From a virus (Duplodnaviria > Caudoviricetes), in the IMG/VR virus record IMGVR_UViG_3300044272_002181, positions 1 through 24,547 of that record: 24,547 nucleotides of DNA, one strand, 5' to 3'. This document shows positions 9,209-16,218 of the stretch, piece after piece (position 1 is the first letter of the stretch; each line of letters opens with the position of its first letter). The notes beneath the pieces were generated by a model that searched no databases, was not told the DNA's origin, and worked only from the letters and a program-made list of their open reading frames with translations. The translations under genes and the position numbers were made by a program.

Positions 9209-9745
9209 ATGGAGATAGCCAGGATGAATTATTATTTTACAGGACTTCTTATCTTAATGTTAACAGCTCTGGCTTTTTGTGCAACGCCAGCATATCCTAG
9301 AAATGAGTATCTCAATGACGGTACTAATACTTGTAGCACTGGCTCTTTTGACATATCAGTCGAACAAAGAGACTCGGAGTCTAAGTATCGACACTATAAT
9401 CCTGACAATAATTATAGCAGCCCTTCTGATGATCAATCGATAAGACTTACCTGGAGAAAATATTTAGGTTCAGCCTGCACAAAAGAATTTAGAGAAGTAC
9501 AAACAGAAAATGCACAATTAAAACAGCAATTAGAATTGATGAAAATGTGTGGAAAAGTCAATAATAACCCCACTATTCAACGTAACCCTAACTTCGCATT
9601 GCTAGTTTCAAAATGTTCTGGTATAATAATTCCTGAAAACAAGAAGCCTGACAACAGTCATTGGGATGATCTGAAAGATAATTATAAGAAAGAAAATCCT
9701 AATACAAAACTTATGGGCGACAAGTTTATAGGACCGAATGAATAA
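9209..9745 (+). CDS. Putative exported Cys-containing protein
   Basis: Signal-like segment LLILMLTALAFCATPAYP; several Cys; start may be ATG 9224. Confidence 0.75.
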   Translation: MEIARMNYYFTGLLILMLTALAFCATPAYPRNEYLNDGTNTCSTGSFDISVEQRDSESKYRHYNPDNNYSSPSDDQSIRLTWRKYLGSACTKEFREVQTENAQLKQQLELMKMCGKVNNNPTIQRNPNFALLVSKCSGIIIPENKKPDNSHWDDLKDNYKKENPNTKLMGDKFIGPNE

Positions 9746-10136
9746 AAAACCACTCACTATATCGGACGAGGCTAAAGTGCAGATGCCTATGAAGACGGTT
9801 GCTAGTTTGATCGCGCTCGTCGCAATCGGCACCTGGGCTTATTTTGGTATTAATGAGCAACTCAACAAGCACAGCACTCAATTAGAATTATTTCAAAAAG
9901 ATTTAGAACATAATACAGAGTTTAGAATTAAATACCCACGTGGAGAACTTGGTCAGTCAAGTGGGGAAGCGGAGCTTTTCATGTTGGTGGAGCATATCGC
10001 AGGATTATTAGAAGAAGTAGAGGAAGAAGTAAAGAGCATGAGAGACAATGCAGTTAACATAGAATTTTTACAAGAAAGAACAAAGAAACTTACAGAAGAT
10101 GTAGAGAAGTTAATTAGAAATGGGAGTGGACATTAA
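9738..10136 (+). CDS. Membrane-anchored coiled-coil protein
   Basis: TM segment VASLIALVAIGTWAYFGI followed by coiled coil. Confidence 0.8.
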   Translation: MNKKPLTISDEAKVQMPMKTVASLIALVAIGTWAYFGINEQLNKHSTQLELFQKDLEHNTEFRIKYPRGELGQSSGEAELFMLVEHIAGLLEEVEEEVKSMRDNAVNIEFLQERTKKLTEDVEKLIRNGSGH

Positions 10137-10351
10137 TGATTGAATTAGTTTTTGCACTCTTATTAATACAAGATCATAAAATTATAGAGCATCGTTATCA
10201 CGAGAATCTAAGTTCTTGTATGAAAGCCAGACGTTACGCTATGAATGACAGAGATCCTGGTGGCAGAGTTGTATTTAAATGCATACAGTCTAAAGCAAAT
10301 GTAGAAGTTTACATGGGAGATAAAAAAATTACTTCATTAATACTAAACTAA
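10136..10351 (+). CDS. Small two-Cys protein with hydrophobic N-terminus
   Basis: TAATG coupling; MIELVFALLLI...SSCMKARR...FKC. Confidence 0.75.
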   Translation: MIELVFALLLIQDHKIIEHRYHENLSSCMKARRYAMNDRDPGGRVVFKCIQSKANVEVYMGDKKITSLILN

Positions 10352-10566
10352 TGGTAAAAATTCATACAGAAATAATTAATGGTGTTTGTCCAACCTGTGA
10401 AGAATTTACAATGTTAGTAGGTGTTACTAAAACTTTTTATAGATGCATGAATTGTGGTGCAGATTTAGAACAATTTGTTAACGGTAAAATAAGTTACATA
10501 CCAACACTTAGTCCCAAAACATTAGAGTCTAAAATGAAAGAATATTTTATAGCTGAAGAGGAATAA
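10351..10566 (+). CDS. Zinc-ribbon protein
   Basis: CPTC...CMNC; TAATG coupling at both ends. Confidence 0.8.
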   Translation: MVKIHTEIINGVCPTCEEFTMLVGVTKTFYRCMNCGADLEQFVNGKISYIPTLSPKTLESKMKEYFIAEEE

Positions 10567-10712
10567 TGGCCAAAAAAGCAAAAGGTTTGTATGCAAAAAT
10601 AGAGCACGAACCTATTTTTCACAAAACTTCGATTGGACGCAACCCTAGCTTGTGTAAAATGAACAAAAGTAAGCGACGTATGTATAAAAAATATCGGGGC
10701 CAGGGACGTTAG
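10566..10712 (+). CDS. Small basic protein ending in KKYRGQGR (48 aa)
   Basis: Manual: MAKKAKGLYAKIEHEPIFHKTSIGRNPSLCKMNKSKRRMYKKYRGQGR; GAGGA RBS; TAATG overlap. Confidence 0.8.
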   Translation: MAKKAKGLYAKIEHEPIFHKTSIGRNPSLCKMNKSKRRMYKKYRGQGR

Positions 10713-10715
10713 GGG

Positions 10716-10744
10716 TTGACAAATATCTCGTAATATCCTATATA
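10716..10744 (+). promoter_or_regulatory. sigma70-type promoter with ATCYYR tandem operator-like motif
   Basis: TTGACA (10716-10721), 17 nt, TATATA (10739-10744); ATCTCG-taat-ATCCTA at 10725-10740; AGAAAGG RBS before ATG 10769. Confidence 0.7.
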
Positions 10745-10768
10745 GAAAGTACAACAGAAAGGTAAAAC

Positions 10769-11173
10769 ATGACTATAACAAAAAAAGCTAACTACAGAAC
10801 TTTCCTAGAAAAACAAAACAAGAGGAAAGATAAGAAAATAAGAGATCTTGAACTAACAATACAAAGTCTTCAAGAAGATAACGAAGGCCAACAAACATAC
10901 ATTAGTGAGCTACAGGAAAGAAAAGACCAATACAAAGAAGAGCGTAATGAGAATGCAGAAGAGGTAGAAAATTTAAAACAAGACAAAGATCACCTTGAAT
11001 TGCAATATCTAAAACAAGTTGTGGATCTACAAAATAAAGTTATTAATTATGCAGAACACAAGGCAACATTTGTGCCACCGGTTTATAACAGCTCATATGT
11101 TAAAGATAACATGGGAAATGGTGCAGCAACACCTAATGTTACTACATCTAGTTCGAGCACTATACTACGATGA
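10769..11173 (+). CDS. Coiled-coil hypothetical protein
   Basis: 134 aa ORF with its own promoter and RBS; long charged heptads. Confidence 0.8.
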   Translation: MTITKKANYRTFLEKQNKRKDKKIRDLELTIQSLQEDNEGQQTYISELQERKDQYKEERNENAEEVENLKQDKDHLELQYLKQVVDLQNKVINYAEHKATFVPPVYNSSYVKDNMGNGAATPNVTTSSSSTILR

Positions 11174-11358
11174 AAGAAAAAGTAATAACAATAAAACCAA
11201 AAGGCATAAGCCAAAAACAATACTCTAATTTTTTATTAGAGTTAAATCTTATGAAGAAAGCCTGGAAGCCCTACGGTGTAAACGTAGAGATATCAGCTCC
11301 AGGTTTGCGTAAGATTATATTGTTTGGAACGAGGACAGGCGTTGCAGGAAAAGATTGA
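11170..11358 (+). CDS. Hypothetical protein
   Basis: 62 aa ORF; ATGA overlap with the previous gene. Confidence 0.7.
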   Translation: MKEKVITIKPKGISQKQYSNFLLELNLMKKAWKPYGVNVEISAPGLRKIILFGTRTGVAGKD

Positions 11359-11581
11359 CAAAGCTGCAAACGATTGGAACCGCACTAAGGATCCTAAGTA
11401 TAAAGATCTTTGGTATAAATTAATAAAGGAGTATGTAGGTGGATCTTATAATATACAACGATGGGGTGTACAGTCTCGTGCCAGTGACAAAACAAATGTT
11501 GGCAGACATGATGTTATTCAGCCAGCTAAATTTTTTCGACCTTTGCGACATCATAAGATTAAAGTTAACAACGTATCATGA
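11342..11581 (+). CDS. Hypothetical protein (start uncertain, TTG)
   Basis: Helical segment LQEKIDKAANDWNRTKDPKYKDLWYKLIKE; 3' half overlaps the next ORF in another frame. Confidence 0.55.
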   Translation: MQEKIDKAANDWNRTKDPKYKDLWYKLIKEYVGGSYNIQRWGVQSRASDKTNVGRHDVIQPAKFFRPLRHHKIKVNNVS

Positions 11582-11651
11582 TTATCCTATCAATGCACAT
11601 GTCATGAATGATGGCAGTGGAGACTTTTTTGGTTGTATGCAAAGAGACTAG
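11439..11651 (+). CDS. Hypothetical protein
   Basis: GTG start with AAGGAG at 11426-11431; 70 aa. Confidence 0.7.
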   Translation: MDLIIYNDGVYSLVPVTKQMLADMMLFSQLNFFDLCDIIRLKLTTYHDYPINAHVMNDGSGDFFGCMQRD

Positions 11652-11860
11652 GTTTCTTGTGATGGTGTGCAGAAAAATTTAATAAAAATTTTCTTTTGAT
11701 TTACATCATTAGCACCAATTTTTTCTAACTGAACTATGGATTCTTTATACCCTGCATTTAAACAAGTATATAAATCAGGATATGAAGCAGTGTGTTGCAC
11801 CGGAGGCAAACAAGAGTTGGCCATGCCCGAACAAAATATAAAAGTTAAAATAAAATTCAT
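11648..11860 (-). CDS. Small exported Cys-containing protein
   Basis: ATG at 11860; MNFILTFIFCSGMANSCLPP...TCLNAG...FFC; layout similar to 10136..10351. Confidence 0.7.
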   Translation of the reverse strand: MNFILTFIFCSGMANSCLPPVQHTASYPDLYTCLNAGYKESIVQLEKIGANDVNQKKIFIKFFCTPSQET

Positions 11861-11929
11861 TGACACCTATTGTATTGTATGAGATAAATCCCATATGAAA
11901 ATTAATATTAGAAAGGAGTATAACAGAAG

Positions 11930-12109
11930 ATGACTGATATAACAAAATATAAAAATGTTTCTTTGTCTCATGACACTTACGGCGACATAGATAAACTACG
12001 AAAAATTTTAGTGCCCAATACTACGTTAAGTAGATCACAGACTATAAATATTTTAGTAAAAGAGAAAGTGAGTAAGTTAAATGGAAGAATCAAAACCAGT
12101 GGAAAATAA
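11930..12109 (+). CDS. Putative ribbon-helix-helix DNA-binding regulator (59 aa)
   Basis: Manual: MTDITKYKNVSLSHDTYGDIDKLRKILVPNTTLSRSQTINILVKEKVSKLNGRIKTSGK. Beta strand (KNVSLS), helix, then SRSQTI helix, as in CopG-like RHH proteins; AGAAAGGAG RBS. Confidence 0.7.
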   Translation: MTDITKYKNVSLSHDTYGDIDKLRKILVPNTTLSRSQTINILVKEKVSKLNGRIKTSGK

Positions 12110-12233
12110 AAAAGTTATTTGTCCTGACTGTGGGGGCAACGGATTTATTAGAGTACCATACGAACAAGCGAAAGAAGAACAACATGCACAATGCGAAACA
12201 TGCAAATCACAAGGAGAGCTTAGTGAACACTAG
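12081..12233 (+). CDS. DnaJ-type zinc-finger mini protein (50 aa)
   Basis: Manual: MEESKPVENKKVICPDCGGNGFIRVPYEQAKEEQHAQCETCKSQGELSEH; CxxCxGxG and CxxCxxxG. Confidence 0.75.
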   Translation: MEESKPVENKKVICPDCGGNGFIRVPYEQAKEEQHAQCETCKSQGELSEH

Positions 12234-12408
12234 AGGACCAAACGATTTAGAAGAAAGAATAGAGTATCTTACAAATCAAAATGAATTTTTAAAAAAGAAA
12301 TTAAAAGAATCTGTAACTAAATGTAAAAGTTTTGAGGAAGAGTGTGATAGATTATTTGAAGAAAACACTAATCTTAGAATAGTACGGAACGAAGGCAAGG
12401 TTTTATGA
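12223..12408 (+). CDS. Small coiled-coil protein
   Basis: GTG at 12223 with AGGAG upstream; 3' part of track ORF 12130..12408. Confidence 0.7.
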   Translation: MNTRGPNDLEERIEYLTNQNEFLKKKLKESVTKCKSFEEECDRLFEENTNLRIVRNEGKVL

Positions 12409-12821
12409 ACGATGCAATGTTAGGATACATTGCAGGTTTATTCGACGGCGAAGGATCTGTATATTTTAAACAAACAAAACAAATCAGACACAATCGTAAA
12501 GGTAAACCTGTACATAATGTTTTAGTTATCCGGATGGAAATAGCTATGACGGATGAGCACGTAGTCAGATGGGTGCACGATGTATTAGGAGTCGGGGCCG
12601 TTGGACCTAGGAAAGTAAAACCAGGGCGCAAGAAACAATGGCGTTGGAGGTGCAGCCACAGAGATGCATACTTTGTAGCTCTAGCATTGTATGAACATTC
12701 AAGGGTTAAAACAAATAAATTACAACAAATAATAGATCATTACACACAGAAAGATGGTAAAACATTTAATGGCAAGGTGGTGAGTCTAGAGCAGTACAAG
12801 GAGGCAATGAGTTTAGAATGA
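12405..12821 (+). CDS. Free-standing single-motif LAGLIDADG endonuclease-like protein
   Basis: YIAGLFDGEGSV motif followed by the typical beta strands and WRW. Confidence 0.88.
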   Translation: MNDAMLGYIAGLFDGEGSVYFKQTKQIRHNRKGKPVHNVLVIRMEIAMTDEHVVRWVHDVLGVGAVGPRKVKPGRKKQWRWRCSHRDAYFVALALYEHSRVKTNKLQQIIDHYTQKDGKTFNGKVVSLEQYKEAMSLE

Positions 12822-13507
12822 AAGCAGACAAAGAAGCACCAACAGTACAATATGGAGTCCTGACCTGGGGGCCATGCGTATTACAAATTAAGATATCAGA
12901 GGAGTTTCAAAAGAAACTTTTAGACGAAGCACAAAGCAGCAGAAAAGAATCTTTAAGTTATAGAGATAAACTAGCTGGTGTAATAAAAGAAGAATACTCT
13001 TATCAAAACAAAGAAATGTTTTTACCTGAGATATCACAGATCTTAGGTGTATACGATCAAGCATTCCAGAAATGGAAGAACACACCGTATGAGAAAAAAC
13101 CTGAGTATGTATTAACTTCGATGTGGGTAAACTTTATGAAGAAGCACGAATACAATCCTCCGCACGATCATGCAGACCAGCTGTCTTTTGTAATATTTTT
13201 AGATGTACCTGAAGAGATTAAAAAAGAAAACGAGAAGTATGAAGGTCAGTCTGGTGGTCCTGGGAGTCTAGCTTTTTTGTATGGTGAAGGTAATAGACAG
13301 GCCATAACCTATCAATCTATCTTTCCTAAAGCGAGAGATATGTTTATCTTTCCAGCATGGTTGAAGCACTATGTGGCGCCGTTCTATTCTGATGTAACCA
13401 GAGTATCTGTGTCAGGAAACATAGCAAGTTCTATTGATTTAAACCAATTAAAGAATAATGAAAAAGAAACAAAAGCTATTGAACCTGCCAAAGTTAAAGC
13501 AGGATAA
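12818..13507 (+). CDS. 2OG-Fe(II) oxygenase-superfamily protein
   Basis: WVNFMKKHEYNPPHDH...MFIFPAWLKHYV...RVSVSGN: HxH...H iron ligands and RxS co-substrate motif. Confidence 0.88.
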   Translation: MKADKEAPTVQYGVLTWGPCVLQIKISEEFQKKLLDEAQSSRKESLSYRDKLAGVIKEEYSYQNKEMFLPEISQILGVYDQAFQKWKNTPYEKKPEYVLTSMWVNFMKKHEYNPPHDHADQLSFVIFLDVPEEIKKENEKYEGQSGGPGSLAFLYGEGNRQAITYQSIFPKARDMFIFPAWLKHYVAPFYSDVTRVSVSGNIASSIDLNQLKNNEKETKAIEPAKVKAG

Positions 13508-13604
13508 TATAAGGGCCATTCTTGGTAATCCTTTGTTCGACAGTTTAGTCGAAAAGATATTGGATCGAAAAAGACAGGAGCCGAAGAAGGATAAAAAGAA
13601 ATGA
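13458..13604 (+). CDS. Small basic hypothetical protein (48 aa)
   Basis: Manual: MKKKQKLLNLPKLKQDNIRAILGNPLFDSLVEKILDRKRQEPKKDKKK; ATGA coupling to the next gene. Confidence 0.5.
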   Translation: MKKKQKLLNLPKLKQDNIRAILGNPLFDSLVEKILDRKRQEPKKDKKK

Positions 13605-13720
13605 CTTTTTATCATGGCCTAGGTATGTTTTTATTTGGTATGGGTTGTACGATTGTTGGTGCGATTATTGCTTGGTATATAATAAATGAAGTAACGAAAG
13701 ATAAAGATGATTTGGAATAA
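13601..13720 (+). CDS. Small single-TM protein (39 aa)
   Basis: Manual: MTFYHGLGMFLFGMGCTIVGAIIAWYIINEVTKDKDDLE; AAGGA RBS. Confidence 0.7.
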   Translation: MTFYHGLGMFLFGMGCTIVGAIIAWYIINEVTKDKDDLE

Positions 13721-14417
13721 AAGATTTATTTACCCACGATCGAGTCGTTCGATAGTCATGGGTCGAAGACACTACGATATAGATAACGAAAAGTTACCAT
13801 CTGTAACAACGATCCTATCACAAACTCAGTCGGAAGAGAAGCGTAAAAGCCTGGATAATTGGAGAGCTAGAGTCGGTGCGCAGACGGCTGAGAGAATAAA
13901 GAATATAAGTGCAATGCGTGGGACTAGTATGCATACGTATCTTGAGGGGTATTTGACCGATCAAAAACACCTGGATCTGACGGCCTTGGGCCAGGAAGCA
14001 GGAAAAATGGCTGATATTGTTATCCGATCAGGGCTCGGGGACCTGGAAGAGGTGTGGGGTACAGAGGTGACACTGTTCTATCCTGGATTGTATGCAGGGG
14101 CCACGGATGCCGTAGGAATTTATAACGGGCGCGAAAGTATAATAGACTTCAAACAAACTAACAAGCCGAAACAAAGAGAATGGATCGGAGATTATTTTAC
14201 TCAGCTAGCAGCTTATGCAATGGCACACAATCATGTGTACGGCACAAACATACAGTCTGGAATCATTCTAATGTGTTCTAAAGATGGCTACTTTCAGAAG
14301 TTTGAAGTGTTTGATAAAGAATTTCAAGGTTATATGCACACCTTCCTTAAGAAGGTCGACCAGTATTATGCAAATTGTACCAAGGATCCAAACGACCAAG
14401 GTACAAAAAATGATTAA
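13707..14417 (+). CDS. PD-(D/E)XK exonuclease (MGME1/RecB-nuclease-like)
   Basis: LPSVTTIL, RGTSMH, YAGATD, IIDFK, QLAAY motifs. Confidence 0.9.
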   Translation: MIWNKRFIYPRSSRSIVMGRRHYDIDNEKLPSVTTILSQTQSEEKRKSLDNWRARVGAQTAERIKNISAMRGTSMHTYLEGYLTDQKHLDLTALGQEAGKMADIVIRSGLGDLEEVWGTEVTLFYPGLYAGATDAVGIYNGRESIIDFKQTNKPKQREWIGDYFTQLAAYAMAHNHVYGTNIQSGIILMCSKDGYFQKFEVFDKEFQGYMHTFLKKVDQYYANCTKDPNDQGTKND

Positions 14418-14639
14418 AAAGTATAATAGATTCAAGGATAATTTAACCATAAGGCAATTGTATACACTTTTTTCTATAAAAATAAAAAAATTTTTTTATT
14501 TTTTAAAATACCTAGGTACAATTGGTACAAATGAAAAAACGTAGTAATACCAATTGTTATTCGTTCATTTTTGTACCTAGACCCTCTGGTACAATTTGGT
14601 ACAATTGGTACAAATGTATTAAAAAGCTAGTAATACCAA
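14375..14639. repeat. GGTACAA iteron-like cluster with AT-only palindrome (candidate replication origin)
   Basis: GGTACAA at 14400, 14515, 14524, 14588, 14598, 14607 and inverted at 14375, 14571; TAGTAATACCAA at 14542 and 14628; 26-bp A/T palindrome at 14478-14503. Confidence 0.75.
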
Positions 14640-14712
14640 CGATTTATGGGTCGCGCGCATATGATTAACAATTGTAAATTTATAATTTATAAAATCTGGG
14701 GTATACAGACCT

Positions 14713-15003
14713 ATGCCTAAACGAAATAAGAAATCAAAATTTAAACACGTCGTGATCGGTTCGAAGAAGTATTATTTTTATCGTTTAGAGTGGATCGACA
14801 TAACTGGGGATGCAGGCCATGCATCAATCGAAGAATTTGATAAATTCGAATGCAGCAAAATGATAACGCATGCATACATTTACAAACGAACTTCCAAATT
14901 TGTTTGGACCTTTGCTTCATATGAGGATAAAGACGTTTCATTTTCAGACCGTAATGTTTTTCCTGCTGGTTGTATTGTTAAATTGGAGAAGATTACTCTT
15001 TAG
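14713..15003 (+). CDS. Phage hypothetical protein
   Basis: 96 aa ORF; basic N-terminus; LEWIDITGD...FP.GCI beta-rich pattern. Confidence 0.75.
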   Translation: MPKRNKKSKFKHVVIGSKKYYFYRLEWIDITGDAGHASIEEFDKFECSKMITHAYIYKRTSKFVWTFASYEDKDVSFSDRNVFPAGCIVKLEKITL

Positions 15004-15472
15004 AGTTTGCTAGAGCTTTGACTCGCTCGTTCTGTATTTGTTTTATTCTTTTGATTTCTTCTAATTTCTCTTCGTTTGTCATATCACTTATCTTCCCATG
15101 TAAATGTATATCTACAAACTGTCCCGTCGCTTTACCTATTAAGTTTTCAAAACCAACGGCTTTTTCTGTCTTTCCTTCTTCTACTAACTTTTGAGATAGT
15201 ATCTGCTGCCTTCTTACATAGTTATGTTTGGTGACAGCAAAAGATCTATTCACCTCAGCAGATCTTTTAGCTAAGTAACTTTGTATCTTAGGATTTTGCA
15301 TTAGTCGGTATGCTTCTTGTCTAGCATACTTGACGTTATAACCTGCTTGAACCGCAGCATCCTGATGTGTTGTTCTACCTTCATTAAAGATTAAATACTC
15401 ACAGAACCTTCTTTGTTGTTCTGTTAAATCTGTTGGAAAGTTAGCTTCTTTTTTAACTACCTCTTGAGTCAT
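14993..15472 (-). CDS. terS: Terminase small subunit-like HTH protein
   Basis: From ATG 15472: LTEQQRRFCEYL...QDAAVQAGY...AYRLMQNPKIQSYL, matching the TerS N-terminal HTH pattern. Confidence 0.8.
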   Translation of the reverse strand: MTQEVVKKEANFPTDLTEQQRRFCEYLIFNEGRTTHQDAAVQAGYNVKYARQEAYRLMQNPKIQSYLAKRSAEVNRSFAVTKHNYVRRQQILSQKLVEEGKTEKAVGFENLIGKATGQFVDIHLHGKISDMTNEEKLEEIKRIKQIQNERVKALANSKE

Positions 15473-15474
15473 CC

Positions 15475-15507
15475 TTGCAATATATAGATATCTGGGATAT
15501 ATATCAA
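15475..15507. promoter_or_regulatory. Overlapping divergent promoters containing ATATCTGGGATAT
   Basis: Minus: TTGATA, 17 nt, TATATT, 6 nt, ATG of terS. Plus: TTGCAA (15475-15480), 17 nt, TATATA (15498-15503). The 13-mer at 15488-15500 is identical to 17859-17871. Confidence 0.65.
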
Positions 15508-15513
15508 TACTTA

Positions 15514-15741
15514 ATGAAAGCGAAAGAATTACGTCAATACTTAGATAAATTCCTGGTATCTCCTGCAGCACAAAATGCAAGAGTCCAAATTGAAATGCCT
15601 AACGGTGAAAAACTTGATCTTAGTGTCATTCAACTCTTGGAAAGTAGAATGATTGGTGATAGAGACACGCATATTTTAAACTTAAAAGGCGAGAAACTTG
15701 GCGGTACTTGGAAGATGCCAAAGATAATTGGCAAACTTTAA
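15514..15741 (+). CDS. Hypothetical protein
   Basis: ATG 15514, MKAKELRQYLDKFL...; 75 aa. Confidence 0.75.
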   Translation: MKAKELRQYLDKFLVSPAAQNARVQIEMPNGEKLDLSVIQLLESRMIGDRDTHILNLKGEKLGGTWKMPKIIGKL

Positions 15742-15761
15742 TTTAGCTCAAGGTAGGCGAC

Positions 15762-16127
15762 TTGAAACCAGAGGCTAAATTATATAGTGATCTTAAAAAA
15801 ACAATTACAAAAATTTCGTGGAATAGGCTTGAAAACCGTAGCTTACTTGGTACTCCTGACCTATTGGCTTATGCTCCTAGTGGGACCTTTTTTACAGTAG
15901 AACTGAAGTATACATCTGCCTACAAAATACGTTTTTCACCCCACCAAATAGCCTTCCATGTGAAACATCCACAGAATACATTTATCCTTGTGGCCTGTAC
16001 CCTGGATAAGGGGAAGGTACGCTTGTACCCTGGATCAGAAATTATTTCTCTTGTGAGGGAAGGTTTGCGCCTGAGCCCTTTGGCTTGTGGCTGGGACGCT
16101 TGCCAGCTTGCGCTTGAGCGCTTGTAG
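15762..16127 (+). CDS. VRR-NUC-like PD-(D/E)XK nuclease (putative junction resolvase)
   Basis: PEAKL...GTPDLL...VELK...FSPHQIAF; TTG start. Confidence 0.8.
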   Translation: MKPEAKLYSDLKKTITKISWNRLENRSLLGTPDLLAYAPSGTFFTVELKYTSAYKIRFSPHQIAFHVKHPQNTFILVACTLDKGKVRLYPGSEIISLVREGLRLSPLACGWDACQLALERL

Positions 16128-16218
16128 GCTTGTTGCTTGCGGCCTTGTCCGCTTGTTCCTTTTCGAATTGCTTTCGAATCTTTGCCAGCTCCTTGTAGTG
16201 TTTCGGGTGTTTAAACAT
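16042..16218 (-). CDS. Small basic protein (58 aa) running through the GCTTG repeats
   Basis: Manual: MFKHPKHYKELAKIRKQFEKEQADKAASNKPTSAQAQAGKRPSHKPKGSGANLPSQEK; TGATG coupling to the gp88-like gene. Confidence 0.55.
   Translation of the reverse strand: MFKHPKHYKELAKIRKQFEKEQADKAASNKPTSAQAQAGKRPSHKPKGSGANLPSQEK
16083..16155. repeat. GCTTG (CAAGC) short repeat cluster
   Basis: GCTTG at 16083, 16098, 16106, 16112, 16120, 16128, 16135, 16151, plus CCTTG at 16143. Confidence 0.85.

Noticed and set aside
9921-9932. 12-nt identity (TTTAGAATTAAA) between a hairpin insert (minus strand near 17094-17105) and a coding region
   Set aside because: A short AT-rich match like this is expected by chance in this genome; insufficient to claim self-targeting.
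13707-14417. Cas4 call for the exonuclease
   Set aside because: It lacks the four-Cys Fe-S arrangement of Cas4; the motifs fit a generic phage PD-(D/E)XK exonuclease.
9608-14941. Track ORFs 9608..9832, 10494..10754, 11019..11228, 12374..12631, 12888..13085, 14268..14450, 14284..14544, 14741..14941
   Set aside because: They overlap better-supported genes or the repeat region and lack coding signals.
15473-15580. N-terminal extensions of track ORFs 14993..15580 and 15475..15741
   Set aside because: The extensions run through the divergent promoter; ATG 15472 and ATG 15514 are more plausible starts.
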